Assembly: GCF_006345805.1 (NCBI RefSeq)
Contig: NW_021824145.1
Span: 1-19,810 of the forward strand
Direction of reading: 5' to 3'
Source of the DNA: Octopus sinensis
Lineage: Eukaryota
Length of the DNA stretch: 19,810 nt
In this document: positions 9,479 through 19,810 of the stretch, piece by piece
Position numbering within the stretch: position 1 is the stretch's first letter
How the letters are laid out: each line of letters opens with the position of its first letter
Translations under genes and position numbers: made by a program
Notes under the pieces: model-generated
The model's input: the letters and a program-made list of their open reading frames with translations, nothing else
Told to the model about the DNA's origin: nothing
The model's database searches: none

Positions 9479-10121
9479 TTCACTTTCTCTCTTTCACTCT
9501 CTATATACATCGTTTACTCTGTCTCTCTCTCTAATTACGACTTATTCGTTGCTAGGCAACCTAGAAAAAATGATGTGCGCGCGAGTGTTTGAGTGTGTAA
9601 CTGCATTTTCACTTCTGTGTGTGTGTGTGTGTGTGTGCGCGCGCGCCTTTCGGGGTCGATAAATTAAGTACCAGTTATGTACTGGGGCCGGTCTAACCAA
9701 CGGCAGCAATTCGTTATCGATATTGATAAACAAACGAGGAGGGTTGTCTTGACATGTGCTAGAAACAACAGCCATATCTCTTTAATCGATGAATTTCGTC
9801 GACCAATATTAACGATATTTTTTGAATATTTCCTTTCTTTTTTTTTTACCAAAAAGGCTTCTCCCAAGGTTGTTTTGAAGAGCCAAAAACAACAAGACAA
9901 AACAAAAATATGCCTAAATCGGTCTGGAGTGGGACGATGAGGGATGCGTGGAGTCTGGGTCGTATTGTAAAAATTTCCGAAATATTTTTTCACGAAAGGA
10001 TGCCCCACCTTGTCGGAGGCTGTGATATAAATTGGGGGAAAAATCCTCGTCGAAGCGTGACAATTTTTCTGGAAGTTATGAGGAAACAAAGTAGGCAGGC
10101 GGATTACAGATCTGTAATGAT

Positions 10122-10650
10122 GCCTAGTATTTATTCTATCGGCGTCTTTTGCGCCGCCGAACTGCTAAGTTACAGGGACGTAAACACACCAACATCATCT
10201 GTTGTCAGGTGATAGTGGTGGCAGAACACAAACACGTATATACATTAATAATTACATATAATTACATATAAACGGCGGTGCACCAGCATGGCCGCAGCTC
10301 TGAGCTGGTACAAGAAAAACGAAAAACGAAACGATATAATTATTAATGTATAAATATATTATATACCCTACCCCTAACACTGGAAAAATAAAGGGAACTA
10401 ACTCTAAAAGTTATATTTATTACTTATCTCCCTTGGCTATGGTGTTAAGAGAATGTACACGTTTAATATCTTTTACTTTCGTCAGTTATTTGACTGCGGC
10501 CATGCTGCAGCAGTGCCTTTATTCCAGCAAATCGACCCCCCCCCCACCAGGACTTATTCCTTGTAGGCCTAGTACTTATTCTATCGGTCTCTTTCGCCGT
10601 ACCGTATACACACCCGCAACGGTTATCAGGCGGTGTTGAGGGGAAAACAG
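10122..10650. mobile_element. Cluster of SINE 3'/central fragments (family C)
   Basis: GCCTAGTA(T/C)TTATTCTATCGG at about 10122 and 10567. CAGCATGGCCGCAG (about 10283) and its reverse complement CTGCGGCCATGCTG (about 10494) indicate copies in both orientations. Confidence 0.7.
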
Positions 10651-10652
10651 AG

Positions 10653-10889
10653 GGGACAAAGAATTAGAGACAAAAGGATTAAGTCGATTATATCGACACC
10701 AGTGCCTGCGTGAGTAACTGGTACTTCATTTGTCGACCCCGAAACGAACGATGAAACATTGATACCCCATTTCTGGTATGTTTACATTCTGATTCAATTT
10801 GTTTCGGCAAGGGACAAAGAATGAGAGACAAAAGGATTAAGTCGATTCTATCGACACCAGTGCGTGCGTGCGTTACTGGTACTTCATTT
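10653..10889. repeat. 79-bp direct duplication of a SINE family A fragment
   Basis: 10653-10731 and 10811-10889 align ungapped at 74/79. The second copy runs into the telomeric array. Confidence 0.92.
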
Positions 10890-10891
10890 AT

Positions 10892-11760
10892 CCCTAACCC
10901 TAACCCTAAACCTAACCCCTAACCCTAAACCTAACCCTAAACCTAACCCCTAACCCTAAACCTAACCCTAACCCTAACCCCTAACCTCTAACCCCTAACC
11001 CTAATCCTAATTCTAACCCTAACCCTAACCCTAACCCCTAACCCCTAACCCTAAACCTAACCCTAACCCTAACCCCTAACCCTAATCCTAACCCTAACCC
11101 TAACCCTAACCCTAACCCCTAACCCTAAACCTAACCTAACCTAACCCTACCCCTAACCCCTAACCTAACCCCTAACCTAACCCTAACCCTAACCCCTAAC
11201 CCCTAACCCTAAACCTAACCCTAACCCTAACCCTAACCCTAACCCTAACCCTACCCCTAACCCTAAACCTAACCCTAACCCTAACCCTAACCCTAACCCC
11301 TAACCCTAACCCCTAACCCCTAACCTAACCCTAACCCTAACCCTAACCCTAACCCCTAACCCTAAACCTAACCCTAACCCTAACCCTAACCCTAACCCCT
11401 AACCCTAATCCTAACCGTACCCTAACCCTAACCCTAACCCCTAACCCTAAACCTAACCCTAACCCTAACCCCTAACCCTAACCCTAACCCCTAACCCCTA
11501 ACCCTAACCCTAAACCTAACCCTAACCCTAACCCTAACCCTAACCCCTAATCCCTAACCCTAAACCTAACCCTAACCCTAACCCTAACCCCTAACCCTAA
11601 TCCTAACCCTAACCCTAACCCTAACCCCTAACCCCTAACCCTAACCCTAAACCTAACCCTAACCCTAACCCTAACCCCTAACCCTAATCCTAACCCTAAC
11701 CCTAACCCTAACCCCTAACCCCTAACCCTAAACCTAACCCTAATCCTAACCCTAACCCTA
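10892..11760 (-). repeat. Interstitial telomeric array, (TTAGGG)n on the minus strand, 869 bp
   Basis: (CCCTAA)n on + with CCCCTAA, ACCTAA, TCCTAA and CCTAA variants. Non-telomeric DNA on both sides. Single orientation. Confidence 0.98.
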
Positions 11761-11761
11761 T

Positions 11762-11950
11762 CCCGTGACAGCCTTCCGGCATGTGTCGCGGCTAAGCCCA
11801 CGTTTCCGTATCGACATTGCTTGTACAGAAGCACAGTGTGCTATGCGTCAGTTGCCGAGGTGATCAACGTGAAATGAAGTGTTCTGTTCAAAAATACCAC
11901 ACACCGTCCAGTTCGATTTTGCGATCATGAGTGCAAACAGGCTACGCGCT
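11762..11950 (-). mobile_element. Degenerate SINE (family B-like head) abutting the telomeric array
   Basis: GTGAAATGAAGTGTTCTGTTCAAAAATAC and TTGCGATCATGAGT are diverged reverse complements of the 7323-7430 head region. Confidence 0.6.
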
Positions 11951-12312
11951 CGTTTCAGAAAAGAACTGAGTACTATGCAACTCTAACTTCGAACTCTAAT
12001 TTCTTTGTAGTAACATTGTACTTTAGCAGCGACACTATCTCCTTCCTACATTTTGTTATTTATTAATAAATAAATTATACCAAGGTATGACATAGTTAAA
12101 TGTTTCACTTCTCTTAACCACACACATTCATCAATGGTTGGTTTACTGTATCCACTTCAAGTAGTGCAGACCAACAAAATTCTCTGAGTTTATTCTAGAA
12201 AAATACTGTGGAGCAATTCAAAAATATTCGTCAGAAGAAGAGAATTCTAAAGTTCTGAGAATGGTGCGTTTCTATGCAAAGCTTTCCTCTTTTTAATGTT
12301 TATCTCTCCTAA

Positions 12313-12695
12313 GGCAGAAATCTGACAGAATTGTTAGCACGTCGAGAAAAGTGCTTATAACAACATTTCGTCTGTCTTTACGTTCCAAGTTCAAATTCCG
12401 TCGAAGGCGACTTTGCATTTCATCATTTCAAGGTCGTTAAAATATGCACCATTTGAACAGTGAGGTCGATGTACCCGTCTTGCCCCTGTCCCAAACTTGC
12501 TGGCCTTGTTCCAAAATTTGAAACTAATATGAATCTCTCCTTAAAGGGGCGAGATGGCAGAATCGTTAGTACACCGGGCAAAATGCTCAGGGGCATTTCG
12601 ACTTTTGGTATGAAATATGAACCATTTCAACAATGGAGTCAATGTCAATGACTTACTCCTTCCCCGCAATTGTGGAAACTAAAACTTGAAATCGA
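12313..12695 (+). mobile_element. Two tandem SINE family A copies (about 12313-12527 and 12545-12695)
   Basis: A-box-like TGACAGAATTGTTAGCACG and TGGCAGAATCGTTAGTAC, B box AAGTTCAAATTCC, and tails CCAAAATTTGAAAC / AAAACTTGAAATC, as at 17242-17405. Confidence 0.8.
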
Positions 12696-13127
12696 TATTT
12701 ATCTCCCTTCAAATTCCTTATTTTATTAATTTTTTTTTTTTCTGTATTATATAAATTTTAATTTCTACTGTTTTCCCTCATTCCCTAATGTACGACCTCG
12801 TCTGTGTCTTTAGAGCTCACTACACAGCATATTAACAACAACCAGGCTGATGACAACATAGTCTTTTTTATGGTCGTTCGGGTGCTAGAAATAGCAGCTC
12901 ATCTTGAAATCATAGACCACAGTCACGAATGCAAATCGAAGCAAAAATGATTAAACATTGATCTTTATCACTGATTCATTCAGCAATGATTTGGGATGAC
13001 AAATGTGACCATGTTATCATTTCTGATAACATGGATCGACTACCACTCAAAATGTTTGCTTGAACTGCAAAAGCGCGCTCAGTGACTACCCACAATTTTC
13101 ACCTACCCAGAATGCACTTGTGCTTAC

Positions 13128-13205
13128 ATGACCGTGATGCGAGGTTGTGCATTTTTCATATGGATTTTACATACTCGTCTTATTTATCAATTTGGGTCCA
13201 GTGAA
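13128..13205 (-). other. Candidate 78-nt internal exon (non-coding or UTR)
   Basis: Minus strand reads TTTTTTCAG| ... CAT|GTAAGC, with stops in all three frames. No transcript evidence. Confidence 0.35.
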
Positions 13206-13555
13206 CTGAAAAAATACGAAGACGAATTTATTCTGTACAGGAAAAGATAGAAATGCATCAGGAATGTATGCTACTGCGGGCCAAGAATTTGCTATCAATG
13301 AATCTATTATCTGTTCCATTTACAACGAAAATGGAGAGGATTCGTTTATCACTGTTTTTATTTTTTTTTTTAATCAAACCCTTATAATAAATGAGGATAG
13401 ATGTATAAGAAGATGGGAAGTCTTTCAAAGACGAAATGTCCCAACAGGAATCTCTTTTATCATATTCCATTGATCAAAAAACTTCAGAAACTTTTACTGA
13501 AAACAAACTTAGGGCAGCCTTAAATAACATGGTCCCTCCCTCCCTCCATCCTTTC

Positions 13556-13593
<38 letters not shown>

Positions 13594-14037
13594 GCTCGTT
13601 ACTTGAGTTAAGTTGGTCGATGATGATAGATTTCAAACGACTTGGTCGCCATTGTCGAAGTGGATGGCTTTTTATTGCCATTGTTATATGAACATTATCT
13701 CAAATTTTTGAAGTGTACATGTGGAATGTCATTCTTGTCTGCGAGAATAAAAACTTAAAGCAAACTCATAGATAATTAGCTCAAATATTTATTGCTGGAC
13801 ATAAAGATATTTGATGTTGATTATTTACAATATTAAGTTGCTGGCATTGAACCCTGCAACAGACCGATGTCCTGTTCAAGGAAATGTGATCTATGTCACT
13901 TATACGCCAGAGAAACATGGTAATGGCCTTAGATTCTAGGAATCAAGAAATTTCTTTTTAAAACAAAACACGATGGAGCCCGTAAATGGTCGCTAGATCT
14001 GCTAGAAATAACATCTAAACTCCTTGCTAACAACGGT

Positions 14038-14252
14038 TTTAAATTTTAGCACAAGGCCAGCAATTTCAGGTTATGTGGCGGGGCTAGTCGATTACGTCGG
14101 CTCCATTGTTCAAGTGGTACTTATTTCATCGACTCGGAAAGGATGAAAAGCAAAGTCGAACTCGACGGAATTTGAACTCAGAACACGAAGACGGATGAAA
14201 TGCCGTTCAGCATTTAATCTGGCATGCTAACGATTCTGCTTGTTCACTGCAT
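14038..14252 (-). mobile_element. SINE family A, near full length
   Basis: Reverse complement of the family A head (CATGCTAACGATTCTGC; GGAATTTGAACTCAGAAC) and tail (TTTTAAATTTTAGCACAAGGCCAGCAA). Confidence 0.85.
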
Positions 14253-14367
14253 TAAGGAAAAATAAACATTAAAGGACGGAAAGCTATGTATAAAGACATA
14301 CCATCTCAGAACGTTATAATTCTCTTCTGATGATGATGAATATTATTGAATTGTTTTCAGATAAATA

Positions 14368-14817
14368 ATGTTAGACATCAGGTTAGCTCAGAAAATGAAA
14401 AGGCACGCTGTAATTGTTACCTTAAAATCGTAGCATGGTGATACGGACATGGCTCGCTTCCTGAAAGTTATCCTATTCTTCGTTCTCAAAAGTCAAAAGA
14501 AGCTGGAAGCTGTTGACGGGCATTCAACATCAGCAGCGAAACGCAAAACGCATGCGCAGTGTGGATGATGTGTGTTAATCTCAATGATCCTATTTCCCCA
14601 AACACATGACTTCCTGGCTCACTAGGCCTCGATCCTCTGGATTACATATGGGACGTAGTCGGTAGAGAGGAGGTCAATCAACACTCCTACTCCATAACAT
14701 CATACAATCTCTCAAGTCCGCCATAACCAACACTAGGTCCAAAATTCATAAAGATCATCTGATTCGGACATTAATGGATAGATATAGATGAAATAGATTA
14801 TTAAACCAGGTGGCCTT
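14368..14817 (+). pseudogene. Internally deleted Tc1/mariner (maT/DD37D-like) transposase remnant
   Basis: N-terminal HTH-like MLDIRLAQKMKRHAVIVTLKS*HGDTDMARFLKV...AAKRKTH joined near 14562 to C-terminal ISPNT*LPGSLGLDPLDYIWDVV, a decayed WPPxSPDLNPLDY motif, then HNIIQSLKSAI...KDHLIR. The first two catalytic Asp regions are missing. Confidence 0.8.
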
Positions 14818-14856
14818 TCTCTTTCTAACTTTTCAGATTTGAGGTTGCTCTTCCAT

Positions 14857-15515
14857 CTACACTAATTTATTAATATAGTCACTCATCGCTAGTACCTTAC
14901 TATAATGAGGTGCGGACCTGTTGGCGATCTCTTTGAATTTGAAATTCTTCTGCAGATGCCTATGACTAGGTTTCAAATTACAACTGAAGATGGTTAAAAT
15001 TTATAGGGAAGTAAACAATTCCCCATCAGGGTTTCTCTAGGGATATTATTTGTCTGTCTTGGTGTCGAGGGTTTCATTCGGAAAGCTGACTTTGGCTAAG
15101 TTGGTGGTAACAATTGCAAAACTTTTTTCAAACTTATACATCACATGATCGTTCAATTGCTTGAAATTATGACTATCGTCCTTAAACAGGACCGAACGTT
15201 CTGCGGATGTATATATGTTTTCTAGGCTAGCCAGGATAAAGAAACCGACAATATCAGCGACTTCGACCCCGACATATTTTCTCATGGATACATCAAGCAA
15301 TAGCCACCTTCTTTGTTTACTTACTAGAAACCATTGCGGAGCACGAGTAATTTCCTCGCATTGTGCATAACTCTTATATCGAAGACACTAATTCTCATAT
15401 ATTGTTTCATGAACCCTAAGGTTTTCGGGAAAGACATTTTAAGGGAGAGTCGTTAAAATCAATATCAAAGTGGGTTAATCTATAAAAACCGATCCGTTCG
15501 TATTACTGTTATTCT
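14857..15515 (-). pseudogene. Decayed reverse transcriptase of a Penelope-like element
   Basis: Collinear motifs across frameshifts and stops: THFDIDF; GFMKQYMRISVFDIRVMHNARKLLVL; LLDVSMRKYVGVEVADIVGFFIL (cf. FDVxMGxYDGAEVxELVGLFIL); LFKDD (cf. LYRDD); NLAKVSFPNETLD; YP*RNP; NH; RRIS; EIANRSAPHYSKVLAMSDY. Includes ORF-track entry 15046-15300. Confidence 0.85.
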
Positions 15516-16072
15516 ACATGTCCTGTCGTTTACTGTTTTTATCTTTATTTTTATTTGTATTTTTACTGTTTTGTGTTGTTTTTACTGTCCTGTTTTTGTT
15601 ACCACTTTTACCTCTCCGCAAAAATCTCGAATTATTTGCGAAGTTGTGTCTCGCCTTGACCTTCGAAACGCGAAGTAGATGAAACGAAGGCGGCTGAAGA
15701 AGGGGAATTTTCCTTGTGTTGTATGTCTTGTACCTTGTTTTTTCGTTGTTTAAAAAGACGTCCGTTTCCATGGTTCTGTTTTTATGTTTTCGTTTCTCAT
15801 TGTGTTCGACGTTTTTTTTTTTTTTTTGGATGAGTGGCGTTTCGTCATACCGTAAATGGTCTTCTTACATACTGAACACTACTTGGTAAAATTAATTAAT
15901 AATTAATTGATTTTACCCTTTTATTATTGATAATATAATTCTCTCTCCTTGATATTTAATTACTCATTTGTACTTTTTGAATTCGTTGGTACTGGCGGTC
16001 GAAGATGGTTTGTCTGGGATTACTCATATCAGACGGATATGTTCGATTTTTAGTGCTCTCAAATCTAAATCT

Positions 16073-16150
16073 AAGAAATCTTTGAACTGACGAAGGAAAT
16101 GTTGATCTTAAATTCAACTAATCTAGAAACGTACGTTCTCAAATAATCTT
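16073..16150 (+). ncRNA. Type I hammerhead ribozyme (HHR3), probable PLE pLTR
   Basis: Stem I TTTGA(A)/(C)TCAAA extended by AAGA/TCTT; CTGACGA 16087-16093; stem II with GTTGA/TCAAC; GAAA 16126-16129; palindromic AACGTACGTT; GUU triplet 16135-16137. Basal pairs of stems I and II are imperfect. Confidence 0.75.
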
Positions 16151-16331
16151 ATGTACATGTGATCTTTTGTTGTTTTTTCCCTCCATACCTGCGTGAATTA
16201 TTTTTGAGTATGCATTGTCTGGGAGATTTTTCTTATAGTAGAAGAAATAGCTAAGATTTTTTGGCTGCTATTTCTAAAAGTTCGGTGTGTGGTAAAGTAA
16301 ATTATTTTACTGAACCCTAATTTTATAACGT

Positions 16332-16344
16332 AATATATATATTA

Positions 16345-16426
<82 letters not shown>
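16332..16426. repeat. (TA)n microsatellite
   Basis: Read directly. Confidence 0.98.
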
Positions 16427-16429
<3 letters not shown>

Positions 16430-17241
16430 GATATACGGTATGATCTATAACGGGAGACTCTTAGCAGAAAATTCAAGGAGCATGACCCTTTGAGAGCTTG
16501 TGTGAACTGGTGTTTGAAATTTATCCTAAGAACAGAAATCTATCCAAAATGCTTGCAACACAATGGTCTCTACTAAAAGACAGTCAAGAATCAGGTGGTG
16601 GGAGGAAGTGGTTGTAAGTGTGGCGGTAATAAAAGTGTTAAACAGGGCGATGAGTTTTTATCACACAAAAATACTAACAAATCCGTATTAAAATATTTAA
16701 TGTTATATAAACAAGAATTAACTGGTATTGTCGTGTTTGGTATTTAGCTTATGTATTTTTAATTTAGGAGCAGGATAGATATATTTACGATCAAAATATC
16801 TGGGGGAAAACGGTTAAAAAGGAAATTAATATTATTCGTACTATTAGCTTCATATACAAAGTATATAGACTAAACAGAGTGGAGAAGCTAAAAGATTCGC
16901 CTTGTAATTATGTGGTTCTTGGTTCTATAACTACACAACACCTTGAACAAATATTTTCTATCATAACTTCATGTTGACCAAAGCTCTGTTTGGGAAAATT
17001 TCGTAGGCGAAAAAAGTATGGCAGCTGTTAGGTTCGTGTTATTGTCAGATAAATTCTATAGTTTCCTCATGTGCCTTATTTCTGGATGTATACATAGTTG
17101 AATAACACACACCGATGATGTCTGATCGAAGCGATTGAGCGAATGGTTGGATATGTAGATTTAAATATTTTCAATATACACTCCTCTAAAGATAGTAGTA
17201 ATAGTCCGCAAATTTATTATGGCAATAATAACAATAACAAA

Positions 17242-17405
17242 GGCGGCGAGTTGGCAGAATCGTTAGCACGCCGGGTAAAGTATTTAGCGTTCTGAGTTCA
17301 AATTCCGTCGAGGTTTACTTTGCCTTCCAACTATTCGGAATCGATAAAATAAATGCCAGTTGAGTAGTGAGATCAATATTATCCTTATGCCAAAATTTGA
17401 AACCA
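17242..17405 (+). mobile_element. SINE family A with internal deletions
   Basis: GGCGGCGAGTTGGCAGAATCGTTAGCACGCCGGG head, B box GAGTTCAAATTCC (17294-17306), tail GCCAAAATTTGAAACCAATAA. Confidence 0.85.
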
Positions 17406-17544
17406 ATAACAACATATAAGACAGATATATAAGACAACATATAAGACAGATAAAATATATTGTTCTAGTATAAGATGTATTATGGCCTAACAGATCGATT
17501 TCTAAAGTGTTTTGCCTAGGCATGCAATGAACGGAGAAGAATAC

Positions 17545-18135
17545 TGGACAGCACGAAGGTTGGATTACAAAGGTGCCTCTTACACCAAAAACAACTAAGT
17601 AGACCCATTGTTGCAATCTCGATAATACCAGTCTTTTTAAGAACTTTCTCCACACTCTAGCTGACAAAATGTTTGTTTCAGGGGCATTCGTTGACTTTTA
17701 GCTGGTATTAATGACAAATAGTCTTCCTTAAGTTTCACACATTATGAATTAACCGGATTCAAGACGAAGAATTATCAACGCATATTCGATGGCACTTCCA
17801 TCACAATCGGTGATATATTCAGAGACATGCACAAGGCCCACGGAACATCTCTGAGTTAAATCACATTTCACTCTCAAAAATAATAGAAGCGAGTTCTTAT
17901 GAGTAAGATTCATTCGCCGTTCCATGAAATTTGAATTACCGATTGTAAAAGCTGACGAAATCTAGATACATGCAGACAGCATAACATGTCCAATTTGAGT
18001 GACATGGCACTAGGAATTGTTCCATAGCACAGGTTAGTATTCTCATCTTTTTCATCACAGTATCATACAGATGGGTTGAAATGTCAATAGATGTGGGTGT
18101 CTCTCTTTAACGCGTCCAAAACGAGGAAAATCTTT
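17545..18135 (+). pseudogene. Possible ancient LINE reverse transcriptase relic
   Basis: Weak, roughly collinear motifs in shifting frames: GAFVDF (about 17682), HYELTG, AVP, IHADSIT (about 17966, cf. YADD), MWVSLFNASKT (about 18092). Confidence 0.3.
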
Positions 18136-18225
18136 TTCAACATTGTCTGTCATTTATAGATTATAGAACTTGGACCCATTGCGAGATAGGAGTAGTTTCC
18201 TAGTTCATGACAGTGGCCCATTAAC

Positions 18226-18227
<2 letters not shown>

Positions 18228-18262
<35 letters not shown>

Positions 18263-18322
18263 TACACACACACACACACCACACCACACACACACCACAC
18301 ACACACCACCACACACACACCA
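18228..18322. repeat. (CA)n microsatellite degrading to CAC variants
   Basis: Read directly. Confidence 0.96.
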
Positions 18323-18879
18323 CCCTACTGGAAACCTTCGAGAGGTCATTTCGGCAGCAGTTACAAATAATGTAAGAATAGGCCTCAGAATAATCATCTA
18401 GAAAGCTGAGATGATCCGTAGATAGCACACGGCACCGCAACTCTCGCACATAATTCTTCCTTCCTATAACCCCAACAATAAGACACAACCACCCAAAATT
18501 AGGTACATATGTATGTAGCAGCATTTCCAGTGACTACGAGGAGTTGATACGAAACTGCTTCAGATAGATTTCTATATCCTTTGGAAAATTCACGCCAAGG
18601 CCCTCATTTTGCTATAGTCTTTGTTTCTTGTATGGATGCATGACATGAACCACAAACAAGGGATTTATTAAGACTTGTGAGACTTTTAAAATCCGGTGTC
18701 TCCAGAAGATCTTTTCATTCCCCTGACAAGATAGGATAATTCATAGAAATACAATATTGAACAAATATCAGAAATAGGGAACACATGATATACGTGTCTC
18801 ATCTGTGACGCATTGGACGTTTGGGATGCATGTCTGACTTGTACCTCCTTGTAGGACCATTTACATTGTGTTGGTGGGG

Positions 18880-19152
18880 GGCGTCGAATGATTTAGAACT
18901 TGACTTCGCAGTCATGGAAACCTTGGTTCGATTCACCACTGCGTGTTGTCTTGCCTACATGACGACCTGTACCAAGAAAGCTAATGGAAACTATGTAGAA
19001 GCCCGGCGGTCGAATTGTATGTGTAATTCAAAAGATACAACTTTGTCATTGTTACATACATTGTGTCATACACCATGTCATACACAGAATTACATCAGGT
19101 TTTCATGTGTCTGCGGAATACGCGGCCACTAACACGTTAATTCAGGAGCAGA
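18880..19152 (+). mobile_element. Highly diverged SINE (family B-related)
   Basis: B box GGTTCGATTC (about 18925); CATGTGTCTGCGGAATACGCGGCCACTAACACGTTAAT resembles 7538-7575. Confidence 0.55.
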
Positions 19153-19810
19153 TAATTCAGTTTATGCACTTCTAATTTCCCCACCCCCGCAAAATTGCGA
19201 TAATGTCAGTCCATTTAGGAAACGAGCTTCATGAGACAGGGTGGCTGTTACAGCGATTGTTGCTAGGCTTTCGCTGCAATTACGTCTGTGAAGCATTGCT
19301 GAACAAACCATTTGGGCCCAGGTGTTATTCTATCCCTCACCTTTTGTTGATTAATTCCCAACTTTTCTCTGTTTTCTTCTTGGTGCATTTCTGGGATTTT
19401 CTTTTCTCGGTAGTTTAATCTTTTATACATGCAAATTTTTTTGTCCCTTCTCTCCCAAAATCGAACGACATAATTCCAATAACACAACACCATGGAGCGG
19501 AACCGGTGATTGAAAAGGGAAGCAATGGTCGATTCTGGAAAGCACTTACTCATAGCCAGGTGAATCAGAGTTGGAATCAGTCTGCTCCGAGAAAGAACAT
19601 GGCGTGTTATAGCGTATTCAAGAAAAGATCACTCTTACTAAGAAAAAATTGAGTTCCTTCCCTTACAAACCTAACTGCTACTACAATTTATTTTCACGCT
19701 AGATTTTGCTTTTATTACCAATATAATTTAACAGGAAGAAAAGAAAGAAAAAGAAAATATTCTGAACGATCAAATTATCGAGAGAAAAAAAAACTATTTC
19801 ACTATGGAAT

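Noticed and set aside
9664-10212. ORFs of 87-141 aa
   Set aside because: They overlap repeat fragments on both strands and show no recognisable domain.
10892-11760. True chromosome end, telomere-telomere fusion, or telomere-targeted retroelement
   Set aside because: It is flanked on both sides, has one orientation only, and no RT element abuts the array.
14857-15515. Selenocysteine recoding of in-frame stops, as reported for some Naiad PLEs
   Set aside because: Stops are a mix of TAA, TAG and TGA with frameshifts, which is ordinary decay.
15660-15715. CGAAAC...GTA...CTGAAGA as a type II hammerhead
   Set aside because: No stem I can form and the basal stem II pair is mismatched.
15828-15872. 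Possible minus-strand hammerhead (GACGAAACGCCACTC)
   Set aside because: No intact CUGANGA core; stems I and III are unconvincing.

Overview
AT-rich, repeat-dense eukaryotic DNA with no intact protein-coding gene that I can support. The SINE families resemble those of cephalopods (Octopus-like); that assignment is inference from recall. Nearly all ORF-track entries are microsatellite or chance ORFs. The window contains: (1) Penelope-like element (PLE) debris, namely a GIY-YIG endonuclease frame (2294-2659, +, absent from the ORF track), a decayed PLE reverse transcriptase (about 14857-15515, -), inverted pseudo-LTR fragments, and three minimal type I hammerhead ribozyme motifs (1937-1986, 2860-2946, 16073-16150) near (TA)n tracts; (2) an 869-bp interstitial (CCCTAA)n telomeric array with higher-order variant structure, joined to an interrupted 79-bp duplication; (3) an internally deleted Tc1/mariner transposase, a TA-flanked MITE and a probable non-autonomous Helitron; (4) many tRNA-derived SINEs and microsatellites; (5) minus-strand splice signals that may mark a spliced non-coding or UTR transcript. 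The best candidate for a system is the ribozyme/PLE module, a known class whose local variants may be uncatalogued. I cannot claim a wholly new system.
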